From the NCBI RefSeq assembly GCF_001194135.2, contig NC_068986.1:32750099-32814098 (forward strand): a stretch of DNA of 64,000 bases. Direction: 5' to 3'. Of the stretch, positions 42,082 to 56,402 are shown one piece after another. Both the position numbers and the translations under genes were made by a program. A model generated the notes under the pieces. It made no database searches and had not been told where the DNA came from. It saw only the letters and a list, made by a program, of their open reading frames with translations. This DNA is from Octopus bimaculoides. Taxonomy: Eukaryota. Position 1 is the stretch's first letter, and the number at the start of each line of letters is the position of its first letter.

Positions 42082-44209
42082 TGCTCAATTGAAACCAACT
42101 GCTTTACATGAAGACACAATAAATAATGATATGTGTGACACCATTCGGTTACGTCATATGACGAGTATCTCCAGTAGTAGATATGTTTCACCCACAGTGG
42201 CTGCCGAACCCGAATTTCATGTCATGACCTACAGATTTTCCGCGATATGTAGTTTGTTTGATTGCAAAAGACAGAGAACGTTAGTTCCAAAGTGAGAAAT
42301 CTATATATCGCAATTCCAAATATAACATCTTAATAACTGTTCCCCATTTGTTACATAAGGATGTAAACATCCATTTATTTTCTAAAGTTTTATTAATTTC
42401 TGTTTATAGCTAAAAACTATGAATATATTTCTCTGTTAAAAAATACATACATTTGGAGTTTATGCATGAAGTGCTTCAAAAACATAAACACGGAACATTG
42501 GTTATGTATCTTTTACTTTTAGCCTCGATCCAAGTGAATTTCGGAAATGGAAACTAAGGAAAACCGTTAAGTGTGTGTTCTTTTCTATTTTTAATTATTT
42601 TAAATCTTTCAGTAAGGAAGGGGCAAGTTCCTAACAAGCATACAAATTTCTATCGTTAAATGTAGATAACTTAAATAAATTCGAACTTGAGAAAATTCTT
42701 GCACATTTTTACCGTTCCGCTTATTGTATTTGTAATGTGCGAATTACCTGGTTCATTTCTTTACCTGAAAACCTTAATTTATCCAGATTTTCATTTAGTT
42801 ATTTATACACAAATCCAAAAGCAGCAATTGTAATCGGTATAAATGAGAATTAATAATATGGGTATAGATACTGGTGCTTCGAAGCTGACTCCCGTAGAGC
42901 ATGTATGTATGTGTGTATGTATGTATGTATGTATGTATGTATGTATGTATGTATGTATGTATGTCACTATTCAGCTTTATTTCAAGACTTCTTGCCAATA
43001 GAGAAAGCGATGCTTTCTAGCCTAGATCTAAGGTCTCTTCATTGGAATTTCATCAAAATCAAGAGGATATTTTTGCATGTATGTATATTAGCAGATGTGT
43101 ATGTTTTGTTTTATGTATGTATGAATTCTTATGCACATGGTTGCATGTCTAGACATGGTCATGTATACTTAAATGATAAACTTCTGGCAAGTTTTACAGA
43201 TTTTTATAGTTACAGTGATGGCTTGAATCTGTAGACTTCGAATCAGCTTTCTGGTTTTGAGAAGCCTAATTTCTCAAGTTTGGTATTTAGGCATTGTGTT
43301 ACATATCCCAATGCTCCAATAATTACAGGTATTAACATGAACTAGAACTATGTATGTATGCAAGCATATACATATGTTTATATTATTTGGCCAATACAAT
43401 ACCAGAAATTCTCACAGCAGACTTTGGAATCTCCTACCCTGAACATTTAGTACTATGCTGAAGCATACCACAAGAGTTATCAAGGTAGTCGTGTGACCTG
43501 ATGAACGCAAGTAGAGGCTTAAAATTTGTAAACATTAGTTATTATTTTTTTCGTGACTTTTATCGGACGTTTTTTCATAAATTTCCTTGGAAATTTCAGG
43601 GTTGAATTCTATTTTTAAAATTCCTCTTATGATATATTGGATAACATATTTCATTATCAGCACCATCATCATCATTATCATCATCAATCACCATCACCAT
43701 CACTATCATCGTTGTCGCCGTCGTCGTCGCCGTCGTCGTCGTCGTCATCATCATTGTCATCGTTGTCATCGTTATCATCATCGTCATCGTCGTCATCATT
43801 TCACTATATATTTCCTCTTTTCGTTGTGTTTCCCCCCTTCTCTTCCCCATTCTATCTCACACACACACACACAACCTCCACCCCCACCCTTGCAAACGTC
43901 AATCATCTCACGCTTTCGCAAAGGCATACACGAAACATAAACAAACACACGCACACGGGCTCGTCCAAACACTTACCCATTCTCCCCCAAAACTCCAGTA
44001 GTACATATTATATTCAATGATAAGTATTTGCACAGAGCTCTGTAGTCACGTCCCAGAATTCCTGACCGTAGGCAACTACAAGGCTGGACATTCACCGCCA
44101 TTAAAACCCTGCTGTATACGGTCGTATTTACTTTCGTCTTTGTTCCCTCTCCCTCTCCAACACCCCTTCTCTCTCTCTCTCTCTCTCTCTCCTTCTCTCT
44201 CTCTCTCTA

Positions 44210-44242
<33 letters not shown>

Positions 44243-44454
44243 GTTTCGCTTTCCTTGCCAACAATAAATAATTTCTGGAATATTTTCCTACTCAAACGCT
44301 ACCAATTCTACTCTAAGACACTCAGAAACTGTTCGTGGTTTACCGGTATTGTATGAAGATGCACACACATTCGCGCATGCGCACACTGACTCAGACACAC
44401 ACATGTATAAACAGTTATAGAAACGAACATATATAAATACACACATATATATAT

Positions 44455-44504
<50 letters not shown>

Positions 44505-46329
44505 TATTTGTATGTTGTGTGTGTATGTATATGTATACATGTATACATATACATATATGTATATATGTACACACGCAAACACACACACACACATCTGCAT
44601 GTATGCATGTATGTATATGAATATTTTTATATTCATATATGTATATATTCATACATATATACGTACACACCTATATACATACTTAATCTATCCTTACATA
44701 AACATACATGCACACAAACACGCATACACACACACACAAATACACAAGCACACACACTCGCACGCGCATACACACAAATACACAAGCACACACACACACA
44801 CACACACATACGGGCATAGGTTCAGCTGTCTGGCATATTTTCACACACAATCATATACAACCAACCTATATACAACAAAACCACACAGCTTTGAAGATTT
44901 TCTTTTGATTTTCATTCTGGTTTCCTCTTTCTTTACTAATTCTTGGAGGGTCTCATGTTCCGTATACACATGCACACGCCACTCACACACAGATGTACAC
45001 ACGCACCACGAACACACGCATACACGGGCGAAGATGAAAGCATATATAGAAGCGTATACAAACCAAGCGGTCTCAAACGAATACATACATTCGCTCACGT
45101 ATACACACATAGGACTATACATGTCTTAGGAAGGCACACGTATTGAGATCCTGAAGCGCATGTAAGAATGGTCACAAAGTTTGATTGAATGTAGAATCGG
45201 TAAGATCAATCGAAATACAGGTACTTATTTTATAGATCCCGGAAACGATGAAAGACAAAGTCAACACCACTGGGATTTGAACGTAGGAAGCGAAATACAG
45301 AAAAAAGCGTTTTGTTCGTCGCACTACTGATTCTCCCATCGATCACCTTCAAAATCAAATATTTCTAACATAGCCACCACCCCATATACATTTATATACA
45401 TACATATGCATATATATATATATATATATANNNNNNNNNNNNNNNNNNNNNNNNNNNNNNNNNNNNNNNNNNNNNNNNNNNNNNNNNNNNNNNNNNNNNN
45501 NNNNNNNNNNNNNNNNNNNNNNNNNNNNNNNNNNNNNNNNNNNNNNNNNNNNNNNNNNNNNNNNNNNNNNNNNNNNNNNNNNNNNNNNNNNNNNNNNNNN
45601 NNNNNNNNNNNNNNNNNNNNNNNNNNNNNNNNNNNNNNNNNNNNNNNNNNNNNNNNNNNNNNNNNNNNNNNNNNNNNNNNNNNNNNNNNNNNNNNNNNNN
45701 NNNNNNNNNNNNNNNNNNNNNNNNNNNNNNNNNNNNNNNNNNNNNNNNNNNNNNNNNNNNNNNNNNNNNNNNNNNNNNNNNNNNNNNNNNNNNNNNNNNN
45801 NNNNNNNNNNNNNNNNNNNNNNNNNNNNNNNNNNNNNNNNNNNNNNNNNNNNNNNNNNNNNNNNNNNNNNNNNNNNNNNNNNNNNNNNNNNNNNNNNNNN
45901 NNNNNNNNNNNNNNNNNNNNNNNNNNNNNNNNNNNNNNNNNNNNNNNNNNNNNNNNNNNNNNNNNNNNNNNNNNNNNNNNNNNNNNNNNNNNNNNNNNNN
46001 NNNNNNNNNNNNNNNNNNNNNNNNNNNNNNNNNNNNNNNNNNNNNNNNNNNNNNNNNNNNNNNNNNNNNNNNNNNNNNNNNNNNNNNNNNNNNNNNNNNN
46101 NNNNNNNNNNNNNNNNNNNNNNNNNNNNNNNNNNNNNNNNNNNNNNNNNNNNNNNNNNNNNNNNNNNNNNNNNNNNNNNNNNNNNNNNNNNNNNNNNNNN
46201 NNNNNNNNNNNNNNNNNNNNNNNNNNNNNNNNNNNNNNNNNNNNNNNNNNNNNNNNNNNNNNATACTGGAGAAGGTCGCAAAAGGTTTCATTATGGGCAG
46301 TTTTTAATACCAGAATTAGAAGCAATTAT

Positions 46330-46549
46330 TGAAGGGCCGGTTTCCTAGTTTCCATAGCGTATAAATTCCCCCACTCTGACGGGATGCCGGTTCCTCGCAA
46401 GATAATCCATTTTTGCCTGCTGAGTGAACTGGAACAACGCGAAATGAAATGTTTTCCTCGAGAACACAACGCGCCACCTGGTCCAGGAATCGAAACAACA
46501 ATCATACGATCATGAGTCCACACCCTAACCACTAAGCCATGTGCATCCA
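46330..46549 (-). mobile_element. tRNA-derived SINE
   Basis: Reverse complement: CATGGCTTAGTGGTTAGGGTG...TTTCGATTCCTGGACC...TTGTGTTCTCGAG...CCAGTTCACTCAGC. Confidence 0.85.
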
Positions 46550-46764
46550 CATCTAGTGATGTATATATATATATATATATATCGTATGTGCATATGTGTC
46601 TGTGTGTACGTTTCTGTGTGTTGTATAGATATCAATAGAAAAAAAGGAATGTGTACCAGTGTATGGAGAGAAGGGCAAAGAATTAAAGATTTATGTGTGA
46701 ATAAACAATGATGTGATGGATGCACACAGACACATACACACACACTCAGTCACACACACACACA

Positions 46765-46826
<62 letters not shown>

Positions 46827-46945
46827 ACGGACATTTATGCGTGTACGTATGTATACACACACACAACACNNNNNNNNNNNNNNNNNNNNNNNNNNNNNNN
46901 NNNNNNNNNNNNNNNNNNNNNNNNNNNNNNNNNNNNNNNNNNNNN

Positions 46946-46987
<42 letters not shown>

Positions 46988-46993
46988 TGTATT

Positions 46994-47135
46994 GTTCAAA
47001 TTTACAGAAAAAAAGACGAGCAACAAATTAGTGTATTACTTTAACGCTCAGGAAAAATGGAAAAGTCTTTTACGCTTCGAGCCTCCGCTCTTCGACAGAA
47101 AGGTTTAAGAGGAAAAAGTAAAAGGAGAGAGAAGG
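46994..47135 (-). mobile_element. Family P repeat, copy 2
   Basis: Follows (TA)n; minus strand 47102-47067 reads CTTT-CTGTCGA-A-GAGC[GGAG]GCTC-GAAGC-GTA-AAAG. Confidence 0.7.
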
Positions 47136-47201
47136 AAAAAGAAAAGGTGAGAGAAAATAATTTTTATATACATCTATAAGAATGAAAAGATTTAGAGAAT
47201 T

Positions 47202-47244
<43 letters not shown>

Positions 47245-47769
47245 GAGAGATGGACAGTCAGAAAATCAGACAGACAAGCAGAGAGAAAGAAAAGCAAAGA
47301 GGTTAAGTATCCATATGTTTGCATGTATGTGTGTGTATATGTATGCATGTACATGTCTGTTTTTACGAATGGTGAAAAAGGAATAAAAACTATGAGAAAT
47401 TGTAAGCAGATAGAGAGGCATTAAAACAAACGAAAAAACACCAGAAATATATAGAAATGAGCTGCAAATATGAAGAACGAAAGAGAAAAAGCGAAACTAT
47501 GGAAAGATAGTGTATGATTGTAAATGAACGCCGTGTAAAATGGAGGCAAAAGAGTGAGAGTGAGGTGAGAGGAAGAAGAGTATGAAAATTGTAATGGTTG
47601 AAAGAAAATGAAGCAGAAACGAAGAAATACAAATTTAATATGAAGTATAGTGGACAGGGACAACCGGTGTGCATAAGAGGAATATGAAAGAGAGGAGAAT
47701 TTAAATGGACAGGATGTGGGGAGAGTGAGGGATAGAGTAGAAATGAGAGAGAGTGTGGAGAAGGGAGAT

Positions 47770-48106
47770 GCAATTAGTATAGGTAAGAAAGAGAGAGTGA
47801 AGGAGGAGAAGTGGAAGGTTGGAGAGAAGAAAGGGGACGGAAGAGGAGGAGGAGGGGGGAGGAGAAGGGAAGAAGAAGAAGAAGAGGAGGAGGAGGAGGA
47901 GGGAGGAAAAGGGAAGAAGAAGAAGAAGAAGAAGAAGAAGAAGAAGAAGAAGAAGAGGAGGTGGAGGAGGAGGGAGAAAAAGATGGGATGAGAGGATGTG
48001 GAGGAGAGCAGAGAAAATGCGATGCGATAGGTGATCATAAGGAAACTGAAGATGGTTATTGAGAATGTGATACTGAGAGAGAAGCATTAACGCAAAAGTA
48101 CAGAAA

Positions 48107-48137
<31 letters not shown>

Positions 48138-48325
48138 AGTAAGGGAGAAATATTCAGAAAAGCGAAAGAAAAAGTTTGTAAGAGAAAGAGAGAGAGGCGA
48201 GAAGCCTATGGAAAGGTTTTGGTAAGAAAGAGAGTGAATGAGAGTAAACTCTTGCGCAAGTGAAATAAGGAAAGCAAAATATTGAGTAAGAGGAAGACGG
48301 GAGAGGAAGGAAACACAAAGGAAAA

Positions 48326-48357
<32 letters not shown>

Positions 48358-48400
48358 TGACAATGATCTTGGGGGAAAAGGTAGAAGACAAATAAATGAG
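47770..48400. repeat. Polypurine (GA)/(AAG)/(GAG) low-complexity tract
   Basis: Strong purine strand bias over more than 600 nt. Confidence 0.9.
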
Positions 48401-49027
48401 TTAAAGAGGGGGTAAATATGAGGAGACGAAAGAAAGGAATTGAGAAAGAAATGACATTCTCAACGAGAGAACGATTTAAAAATTTAAAGAATGAAACAAA
48501 GGAAGGAAAAACGAAAGAGATTTTGATGAAAAGTCAGGACAAGGAATCAAAATAAATAAATAAATAAATAAATAAAACGGTCGAAAATAAGTTTGTAGGA
48601 GCTTGAGCATAAACGCTAAGGAAAAAAAATAATTTTAAAAAAATACGTATTTAAGAAAAATGTGAAAAAAAGTAAATAAATAAATGAAATCAAGAAAGAA
48701 TGTTGTAATAGAGTTTTTTCGACAGAGTGAAATTATTCTCGGAGTAGGCGAGGTTAATGGACAGCGAGATAAAGAGAGATTGACGCGGGGATAGGAAGAG
48801 GAAAAAGAATAAGAAAACAAAGGCAATTACCAAAATGAGAATGAAGGAAGTTCAACTGTATTCAAAGTTGGAATAGCTGTCGCAACTTGAAGAGTGGTAA
48901 GTCGGTGTCGAGTGGTGGGGGTGATAGGGACACGTAGACTGCTTAGTTAACTCCCCCACCCCTCTCGCCTTACTGCCAATACTTTCTTCCGTTTCTTTTT
49001 GCTTTCTTCTTCTTCTTCTTCTTCTTC

Positions 49028-49061
<34 letters not shown>

Positions 49062-49157
49062 CATCATCATTATTATTATTGTTATTATCACCATTATTAT
49101 TATCATTGCTGTTGTTGTAATCATCATCATCATTATTATTAATATTATTATTATTAA

Positions 49158-49199
<42 letters not shown>

Positions 49200-49204
49200 T
49201 ATTT

Positions 49205-49753
49205 AAGGCGGCGAATTGGCAGAATCGTTAGCACGCTGGAAGAAATGCTTAGCGGTATTTTGCCCATCGCTACGTTCTGAGTTCAAATTCTGCAGAGGTC
49301 AACTTTGCCTTTCATTCTTTCCAGGTCGATGAATTAAATACCAATGAAAGACTGAGGTCGATGTAATCGACTAGTCCCCTCCCCACAAATTTCAGGCCTT
49401 GCGCCTATAGTAGAAAGTATTATTATTATTATTATTATAATTATCATCATCAATATTATTATTATTATCATTATTATTAAGCAGGTGAACTGGCAGAATC
49501 GCTAGCACGCTGAACCAAACGCTTAGCGGCATTTCGCCCGTTGCTACGTTCTGAGTTCAAATTCCGCCGCGGTCGACTTTGCCTTTCATCTTTTCGGGGT
49601 TGAGAAATTAAGTACCAGTAAAAAACTGAAGTCTATATAATCGACTCATCCTCTCCCCACAAATTTAAGGCCTTGTGCCTCCAGTAGAAAGGATTATTAT
49701 TCAGCCGGTGAGCTTGCCGAATCGTTAGCACGCCGGGTAAAATACTTAGCGGC
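49205..49753 (+). mobile_element. Three head-to-tail SINE family B copies
   Basis: Copies at 49205-49416, 49479-49700 and a truncated one at 49702-49753, each preceded by an (ATT)n run. Confidence 0.92.
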
Positions 49754-51161
49754 TAACTAGTTTTAGGTATTGTTCAAAGGACTTTTGCGAACTTTTTATG
49801 AACTCCCCACGTCATGTGTAAACTGCAGCAGAAAGTGTTTGTAGTCACCAGAAGTCCGTCAGTTGGCCCTTTTGATAAGAATAGCCATACTATTTACTAG
49901 TGTAGCGGAATATGGCAATTGTGATCAGCACCTTCGTTCAGACTCGTAGTAAGCCTAATGGCAAAATTACTTATAGTTATTAGATTTAAATGTTAGCCAT
50001 CAGTGAGATCATATTTTCCAGGACGCAAACTCTCGCTAGCTTAGGTTTCTATAAAAGGGTGAATGGAGTAGAGAATATCATTGAGAAGATGAGCTTCGAT
50101 GGGGCTCTGATCCAGACTAAATAACTACATGCAACAGCCAACACAAATCATAAACTCTGCCTACCAACTGTGTACAGTATATCAGGTGAAATATTTGGCA
50201 CACTATGTCTTATGAACCCTCTTTCTTTTATATGTTGTCTATTTCGTTATTTATTTAACAATGGTAACATGACACTGAAACTTCTCTCAAATGAGCAGCA
50301 CTTTATTTCTTGTCAACGCTGGAGTTATTGTGTTTACCTGTTATACCTTAATACAATATAACTCTTCATTGAAATTATGCATGAATTGCAAAATAAATTG
50401 TTCATTCTTCGAATAGCTTTAAATAGAAAAAATATGAATTGGAATGTAACGGATTTATGGCTTCCTCGGGTATTGTCAGTCCATCAAAGTCTATAAATCT
50501 GGTCATCATATCACCTTTCGGTTTCTGCAGATAGAGACAATAACAATCCAGATCTTTATCTAATATGAAATCACTATATTTATTTTCATTTTATTATTTG
50601 TATATTGAGATACTGTTGATAATTACGACTTGAAATGCTATTTTTGTAAAATGTAATTTTCCTGATAAAAAGATGTATAATTCCCTTTTACTTTAATAAG
50701 ATTCATACTGTTTCCCTGCAATTTGATGTTCATCTCATTTAATTTGTTGAAGATTCTGGAAAGATATGTGATGTCAATACTTTAGCTTACTTGTTCATTA
50801 CACATTTCTCATTACACGGCTTTTTAGAAATATCTAAAATAGTATCTTGAAATATCGAGAATGTGTCACAGACAATTTCCTTTACTAAACCATGAATCTC
50901 AATAAAAGGTGTTTGAATTCTTGTTCATTTTCACGGCAATATTTCCAGAAAAAAAGAGGAGTATTTAACAGTTGAGTTTTTTAACTTATTCACGGATTTA
51001 GTAACATTGTACAAACTTTTGCTGTCTACCTATGAAATATTTTGCAGTTAAATGTTGACCATTAATAATGGAATTAATCGTAAAAATAATTGGAGCTTCT
51101 TTTAGATAAGCGCCAAATCCACGATGGTGACCAATCATAGTAAGCGTTCTACCGACTGAGA

Positions 51162-51467
51162 CCCCTTTCGGTCATAACTGACCATGTGATTGCACCTAGA
51201 AAGTTACCCTCCCTAGCACAAATCCGGGCAAGGTTGTTTATGGAAGACCAGCAGTCACCCATGGATACTGGCCTCCCCTCTCCACGCCACCAGTGTTATC
51301 CAAGAGAAAGGCAAAGGCCGATACAGCTTGGCACCAGTGACGTCGCAACTCATTTCTACAGCTGAGTGAACTGGAGCATCGTGAAATAAAGTGTCTTGCT
51401 CAAAAACACAATACGAAGCATGGTCCGGAATTCGAACTCACAACCTCACAATCGTAAACTCGACAGC
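51162..51467 (-). mobile_element. tRNA-derived SINE (family C)
   Basis: Reverse complement has B-box-like GAGTTCGAATTCCGG and TTGAGCAAGACACTTTATTTCACGATGCTCCAGTTCACTCAGC, followed by a distinct GC-rich tail. Confidence 0.85.
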
Positions 51468-52279
51468 TTGAGCATGCACGTAAAGACTTCCGCGTTGGCT
51501 GTCGAAAATATTATACTGTTGGAATGCGATTTTATAGAATATGCGATGACAGACTCGTACCTTTGAATCGTTGTATTATCCTACCATGTTTAATACATAC
51601 AGGATATTGTTGTTACCGTTGTTGCCGTTCTTGACTAGCTTCAGGTTAATCCTGATTGCGCAGATATGATTAAAGGTATACCAGCCAGCCAAGACAAACC
51701 TGTACGTAAACACCCCTCACACAAATATATGTATGTATGTACGTATATATTATTTTTCTATGAAGGTAACCCATAGCTACATTATCCGACGTGTATTTTT
51801 CTAAGACATTGGAATCTGATTTGAAGGGAGATTTTGGATGCTGTTTATAGCAAGTCGAGCGAACAAACCACCAGATAGAAAAATTCTCGTTAGCTCGCGC
51901 CTATTACTCGCATCTATGACGTGTTTCTATTTGCATTCATGTTTATTTTTTTTTTGTTTTTGTTTTTTCTTTCCCAACGTAACCATAGAGGACCTAATCT
52001 TGCTTATTTCCCTTTCGAGTTCCTTTCGCTTTGATAGCTTTTCAATTTCCTTTCGGACGATGTTTTGGGCGGAAGTAATTGAGATGTCTATTAGAGGGCA
52101 TAGGATTTTGAGGGATTTATTATTTTTTTTTCTTTTCTGTCTGTAATTGTTATATCTAGGTTGTTTCTGTTTGATCTCCTTGTCAGTCTCGACAGGTATG
52201 TCCCCAAAGTAACAAACATATATCATTCTCATATACCGGATTTTGGTTCGAGTTTATATCGTTTCTTTGCTATAATTAT

Positions 52280-52980
52280 TCTCATCATCAACATCATCAT
52301 CATCATCATCATCATCATTATCGTCGTCGTCGTCTTCGTCGTCGTCGTAATCGTTGTCGTCGTCATCATCATCATCATTATCACCAAGGTCGAGGTTGTG
52401 GTGGTCTTTAGGTTCATCGTCATCAACATGATTCTCCACATTCGCCGTCGTCGACGTCCTCGTCGTCGTCGTCAACATCGATGTCATCTGCATCATCCTT
52501 ATCATCATCATTATCATCATCGTCGTCGTTGTTGTCGTCTTCGTCGTCGTCATCGTCATCGTCATTACCATCATCTCCATCATCATGATCATCAACATCA
52601 ACATCATCACCACCACAATCATCATCGTCATCACCATCATCACCATCATCACTGTCATCGTCCTAATCATCATCATCATCATGGTCATCATCATGGTCAT
52701 CATCAGGGTCATCATCGTCCTCATCATCGTTATCATCATCATCATCATCATTATCAGCATCATCCTAATTATCATCTTCATCGTCGTCGTTATCATCATA
52801 GCCATCGTCATCAACACCATCGTCGTCGTCTTTGTCGTAATCATCATCATCATCGTCGTCGTTGACGCCGTCGTCAACGCAGTCGTCGCCGTGATCGGCA
52901 TCACCCCCACTACCACCACCACCGTTATCATCATCATCGTCATCATCATCATCGTCATCATCATCATCATCATCATCACT
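52280..52980. repeat. Compound (CAT)/(CGT) microsatellite field
   Basis: Trinucleotide runs; source of poly-His/Ile/Met ORFs. Confidence 0.95.
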
Positions 52981-53115
52981 GCTATGAAGACGGTGTGCAT
53001 TACAAATGTGACTGCAGGGAGATATTTATTTCCGAAAAAATCGAAACTGGTGAAAAGACACTTAAAGGATTTCTAAGCAGAAGATACAATACATGTATGT
53101 ATATATACGTATATG

Positions 53116-53156
<41 letters not shown>

Positions 53157-53349
53157 TTGAACGCGAATGAAGTGAGAATAGAAAGCAATGCATTACGAAT
53201 ATATCAGAAATATTGTGTAAGGAACCTATGTATATCAAGGAAGATCAGCGATGAATATGCAAAAAGAGAAAAGAAAAAAAATGGCAAGCCTGGACACATT
53301 TAGCATCGCAGCTTTTTACTACGCAAGCGGTTAATGACTGAGATGCGAA

Positions 53350-53401
53350 TCAATACGTATGCATACACATATATAAACGCACATACACACGTGCATATAT
53401 G

Positions 53402-53433
<32 letters not shown>

Positions 53434-53514
53434 CATATATATATATATATATTCATATATACATGTATATATATGAATATATACATATATATATTCATAT
53501 ATATATATATACAT

Positions 53515-53557
<43 letters not shown>

Positions 53558-53609
53558 TACACATGCATATTCATAAATATACATATACACATATATATAC
53601 AAGTATGTA

Positions 53610-53649
<40 letters not shown>

Positions 53650-53763
53650 AATATATATACATGTATTTATATGTCTATATATATATATATGTAGATATAT
53701 ATATGTATATATAGATACATATATATGCATATATATACATGTATATATGTATATGTTGATATC

Positions 53764-53794
<31 letters not shown>

Positions 53795-53802
53795 CTATCT
53801 AT

Positions 53803-53843
<41 letters not shown>

Positions 53844-53890
53844 CATATATATATGTGTGTGTGTATGTGTGTGCGTGTGTGTGTGTATAC
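53350..53890. repeat. Degenerate (TA)n/(CA)n/(TATC)n field
   Basis: Alternating purine-pyrimidine repeats. Confidence 0.95.
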
Positions 53891-53989
53891 GTAAATAACA
53901 CGTGCTAATTTTACTTTTGTCACTATTAACAGTAACCAAACAAAACACCCTCAACCCTCACTTTCTCAGTCGCTGTCTTTCTGTCTCTC

Positions 53990-54033
<44 letters not shown>

Positions 54034-54489
54034 ACTCTCGCTCTCATTTCCACCGTACGCAAGCGATGTAGAAAATATTTGCATAGAAGATGTTGTTACC
54101 TAAATTTATGATTCTACAAAATGCTGGACAGAATCCTAAAAGTGAGAGAGAGACATTTGACTCCAAGGTGCAGAAATGTTAGATCTACGAATAATAAATT
54201 TATGTCTTATTAAAGGTAGCATATCCAAAAATGTAGTCCAGACTCACGGGCTCTGAAACTCAATTCTTCAGTCTGTGTATAAACCTACTGTGTCTAACTT
54301 TTTGTCCCTTTGAATTGAAGACTTCGATATAGTGACGTAAAAAAAAAAAACGGTTAATTACTCNNNNNNNNNNNNCACCTTGAACAAATATTTTCTACTA
54401 TAGTCTCAGGCCGAGCAAAGAAAAAATAAATAAATAAATAAATAAATAGATAATTAAACGATAATAATAATAATAATAATAAAAATAAC

Positions 54490-54521
<32 letters not shown>

Positions 54522-55283
54522 TAGCAAGTTTCATCTAATACCGTTCACAACATTGTGAGTTATTTTGCACACAGACGGACAAACCAACGCCAATGAAATA
54601 CTACTACTACTACTACTACTACTAATAATAATAATAAATGAATACAAGAATACCTTAACCAAAGTGCCCGTCTCTTATTTAAGACAGTAGAGTGTTATCT
54701 GAGGGACATGGTTTGCTATATTTCGTCGCAGTTGGAGAGAAAGTTCTTTATCGCACAACAGAGAATCTCCTTCATTCAATCTCGAGGCTTTCTTCAACTG
54801 ACCGTTATTCAATGGAATCTGTGTCGTACTTTCTTATTTCTTGCTTCATTGCTTTCGTTGTCAAGGAGAGTTTTAATTAATGACCGTCCCGAAAAAAAAA
54901 AACCATAATAATAATAATAATAATAATAAAACAAGCATATATACTCGACTAGGCGGAGAATGCTAATAGCTGGATTTCACTGCTTTCAAACAAATTACAC
55001 TTATTAAATTCTTTAAATTCCACTGGTAGAAGCGTATAAAGGTTAGAAAAAAAGATTTCTCGTAAATAAGGGTGGTGATGCATGGGGAGAAAACAGATAA
55101 GAGTGTCAAATCGAAATGAAGAGTGGAAAAGCAAGTACTCGAAGGTTCAAGTGTTACTAGGGCTGAAGTAAGAAGACTCGGCTCGGAACGCAAAATAGCT
55201 TTAAATCAACTTTTCAAAATGTTACAGCTAGTTATTCATATGTATTAGTCTGTAGATTTGTTGTCTTTTGAAGGAAGATATTA

Positions 55284-55315
<32 letters not shown>

Positions 55316-55587
55316 GGTTAATAATAATAATAATAATATTTTTTCTACTCTTTACATCCTCACCAGAGTTGAAAGTCTGCCCACTCAAATTTGAAGAGAC
55401 AAAAACAGGCGAAAATCTGAAGGCAAAAGGCCGGGCGAATTTGGTAGGTGAAGCAAAATAAGCTGAGTTCAATCCCACTTGTTACTATTGTTCGCAATCT
55501 CCATTAACATCTCTAATAAACATCGCATGAATTTGAGCTTTTCATTGGTCTTCCACCACCCAAATATGTTACGACAGATGTACTATA

Positions 55588-55617
55588 TACGAGGGTTATA
55601 TCAAAAGTAACGCAAAC
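55588..55617 (+). mobile_element. Solo mariner-like terminal repeat
   Basis: TA-CGAGGGTTATATCAAAAGTAACGCAAAC resembles mariner TIRs; no partner TIR seen. Confidence 0.4.
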
Positions 55618-56180
55618 TTGGGCACTGCCTTTCCCTATTAACTACTATAGGTCGTCCAAACGTCACAAGTTGGGAGGTTAAATCGTCTTCTATAGCAGTG
55701 GTGTTAAAAAGCGGAGTCCATATGTACCATGAGGGTCTATATAAGAATATGTGGGGGTCTACGCAACAAAGTAGCAATTTGGGGATGCAGAATAATATTG
55801 TAAAGGCCCCTGAAAAAATTTGCTTTAGATAAAGATATTGGTATGTATTGCAAGACGCCGCTAGAGTTCTTACTCGGACATTTCATGTAGTTCAATGGCT
55901 ATGGAAATCCACCAGAATAAAAGAGTAATCAAGGGGCTCCATTGATAAAAAAAAATGGTAGAGATTCCCTGTTCTATAGTAGCTCTTCTTCCTGTATTTT
56001 TTTCTTTCATCGTATGCAAATGATGCCGTCATTGAGTTCTTGACAAACGAGGAGTAGAAGTTGTCTGATATCCGCAGAAGTCTATAGCTGATGTATGAAG
56101 ATGACGTTATTGGCATGAACAATGTGCATACATGAATGATGACATATAAAGAAGAAGGAAAGAGTATTGAGGACAAACTA

Positions 56181-56336
56181 CGCAGGAGTGGCTGTGTGGT
56201 AAGTAGCTTGCTTACCAACCACATGGTTCCGGGTTCAGTACCACTGTATGGCACCTTGGGCAAGTGTCTTCTACTATAGCCTCGGGCCGACCAAAGCCTT
56301 GTGAGTGGATTTGGTAGATGGAAACTGTAAGAAACT

Positions 56337-56402
<66 letters not shown>

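Noticed and set aside
42137-42190. TGACGA followed by a 6-bp hairpin (GTATCT/AGATAT)
   Set aside because: Followed by GTTTC rather than GAAAC, so no hammerhead on either strand.
43498-43530. CTGATGAACGC…GGCTTAAAA
   Set aside because: No GAAA and no credible helix II or cleavage triplet.
55696-55895. CAGTGGT-starting segment reminiscent of a hAT-type MITE
   Set aside because: No second terminus or 8-bp target duplication identified.
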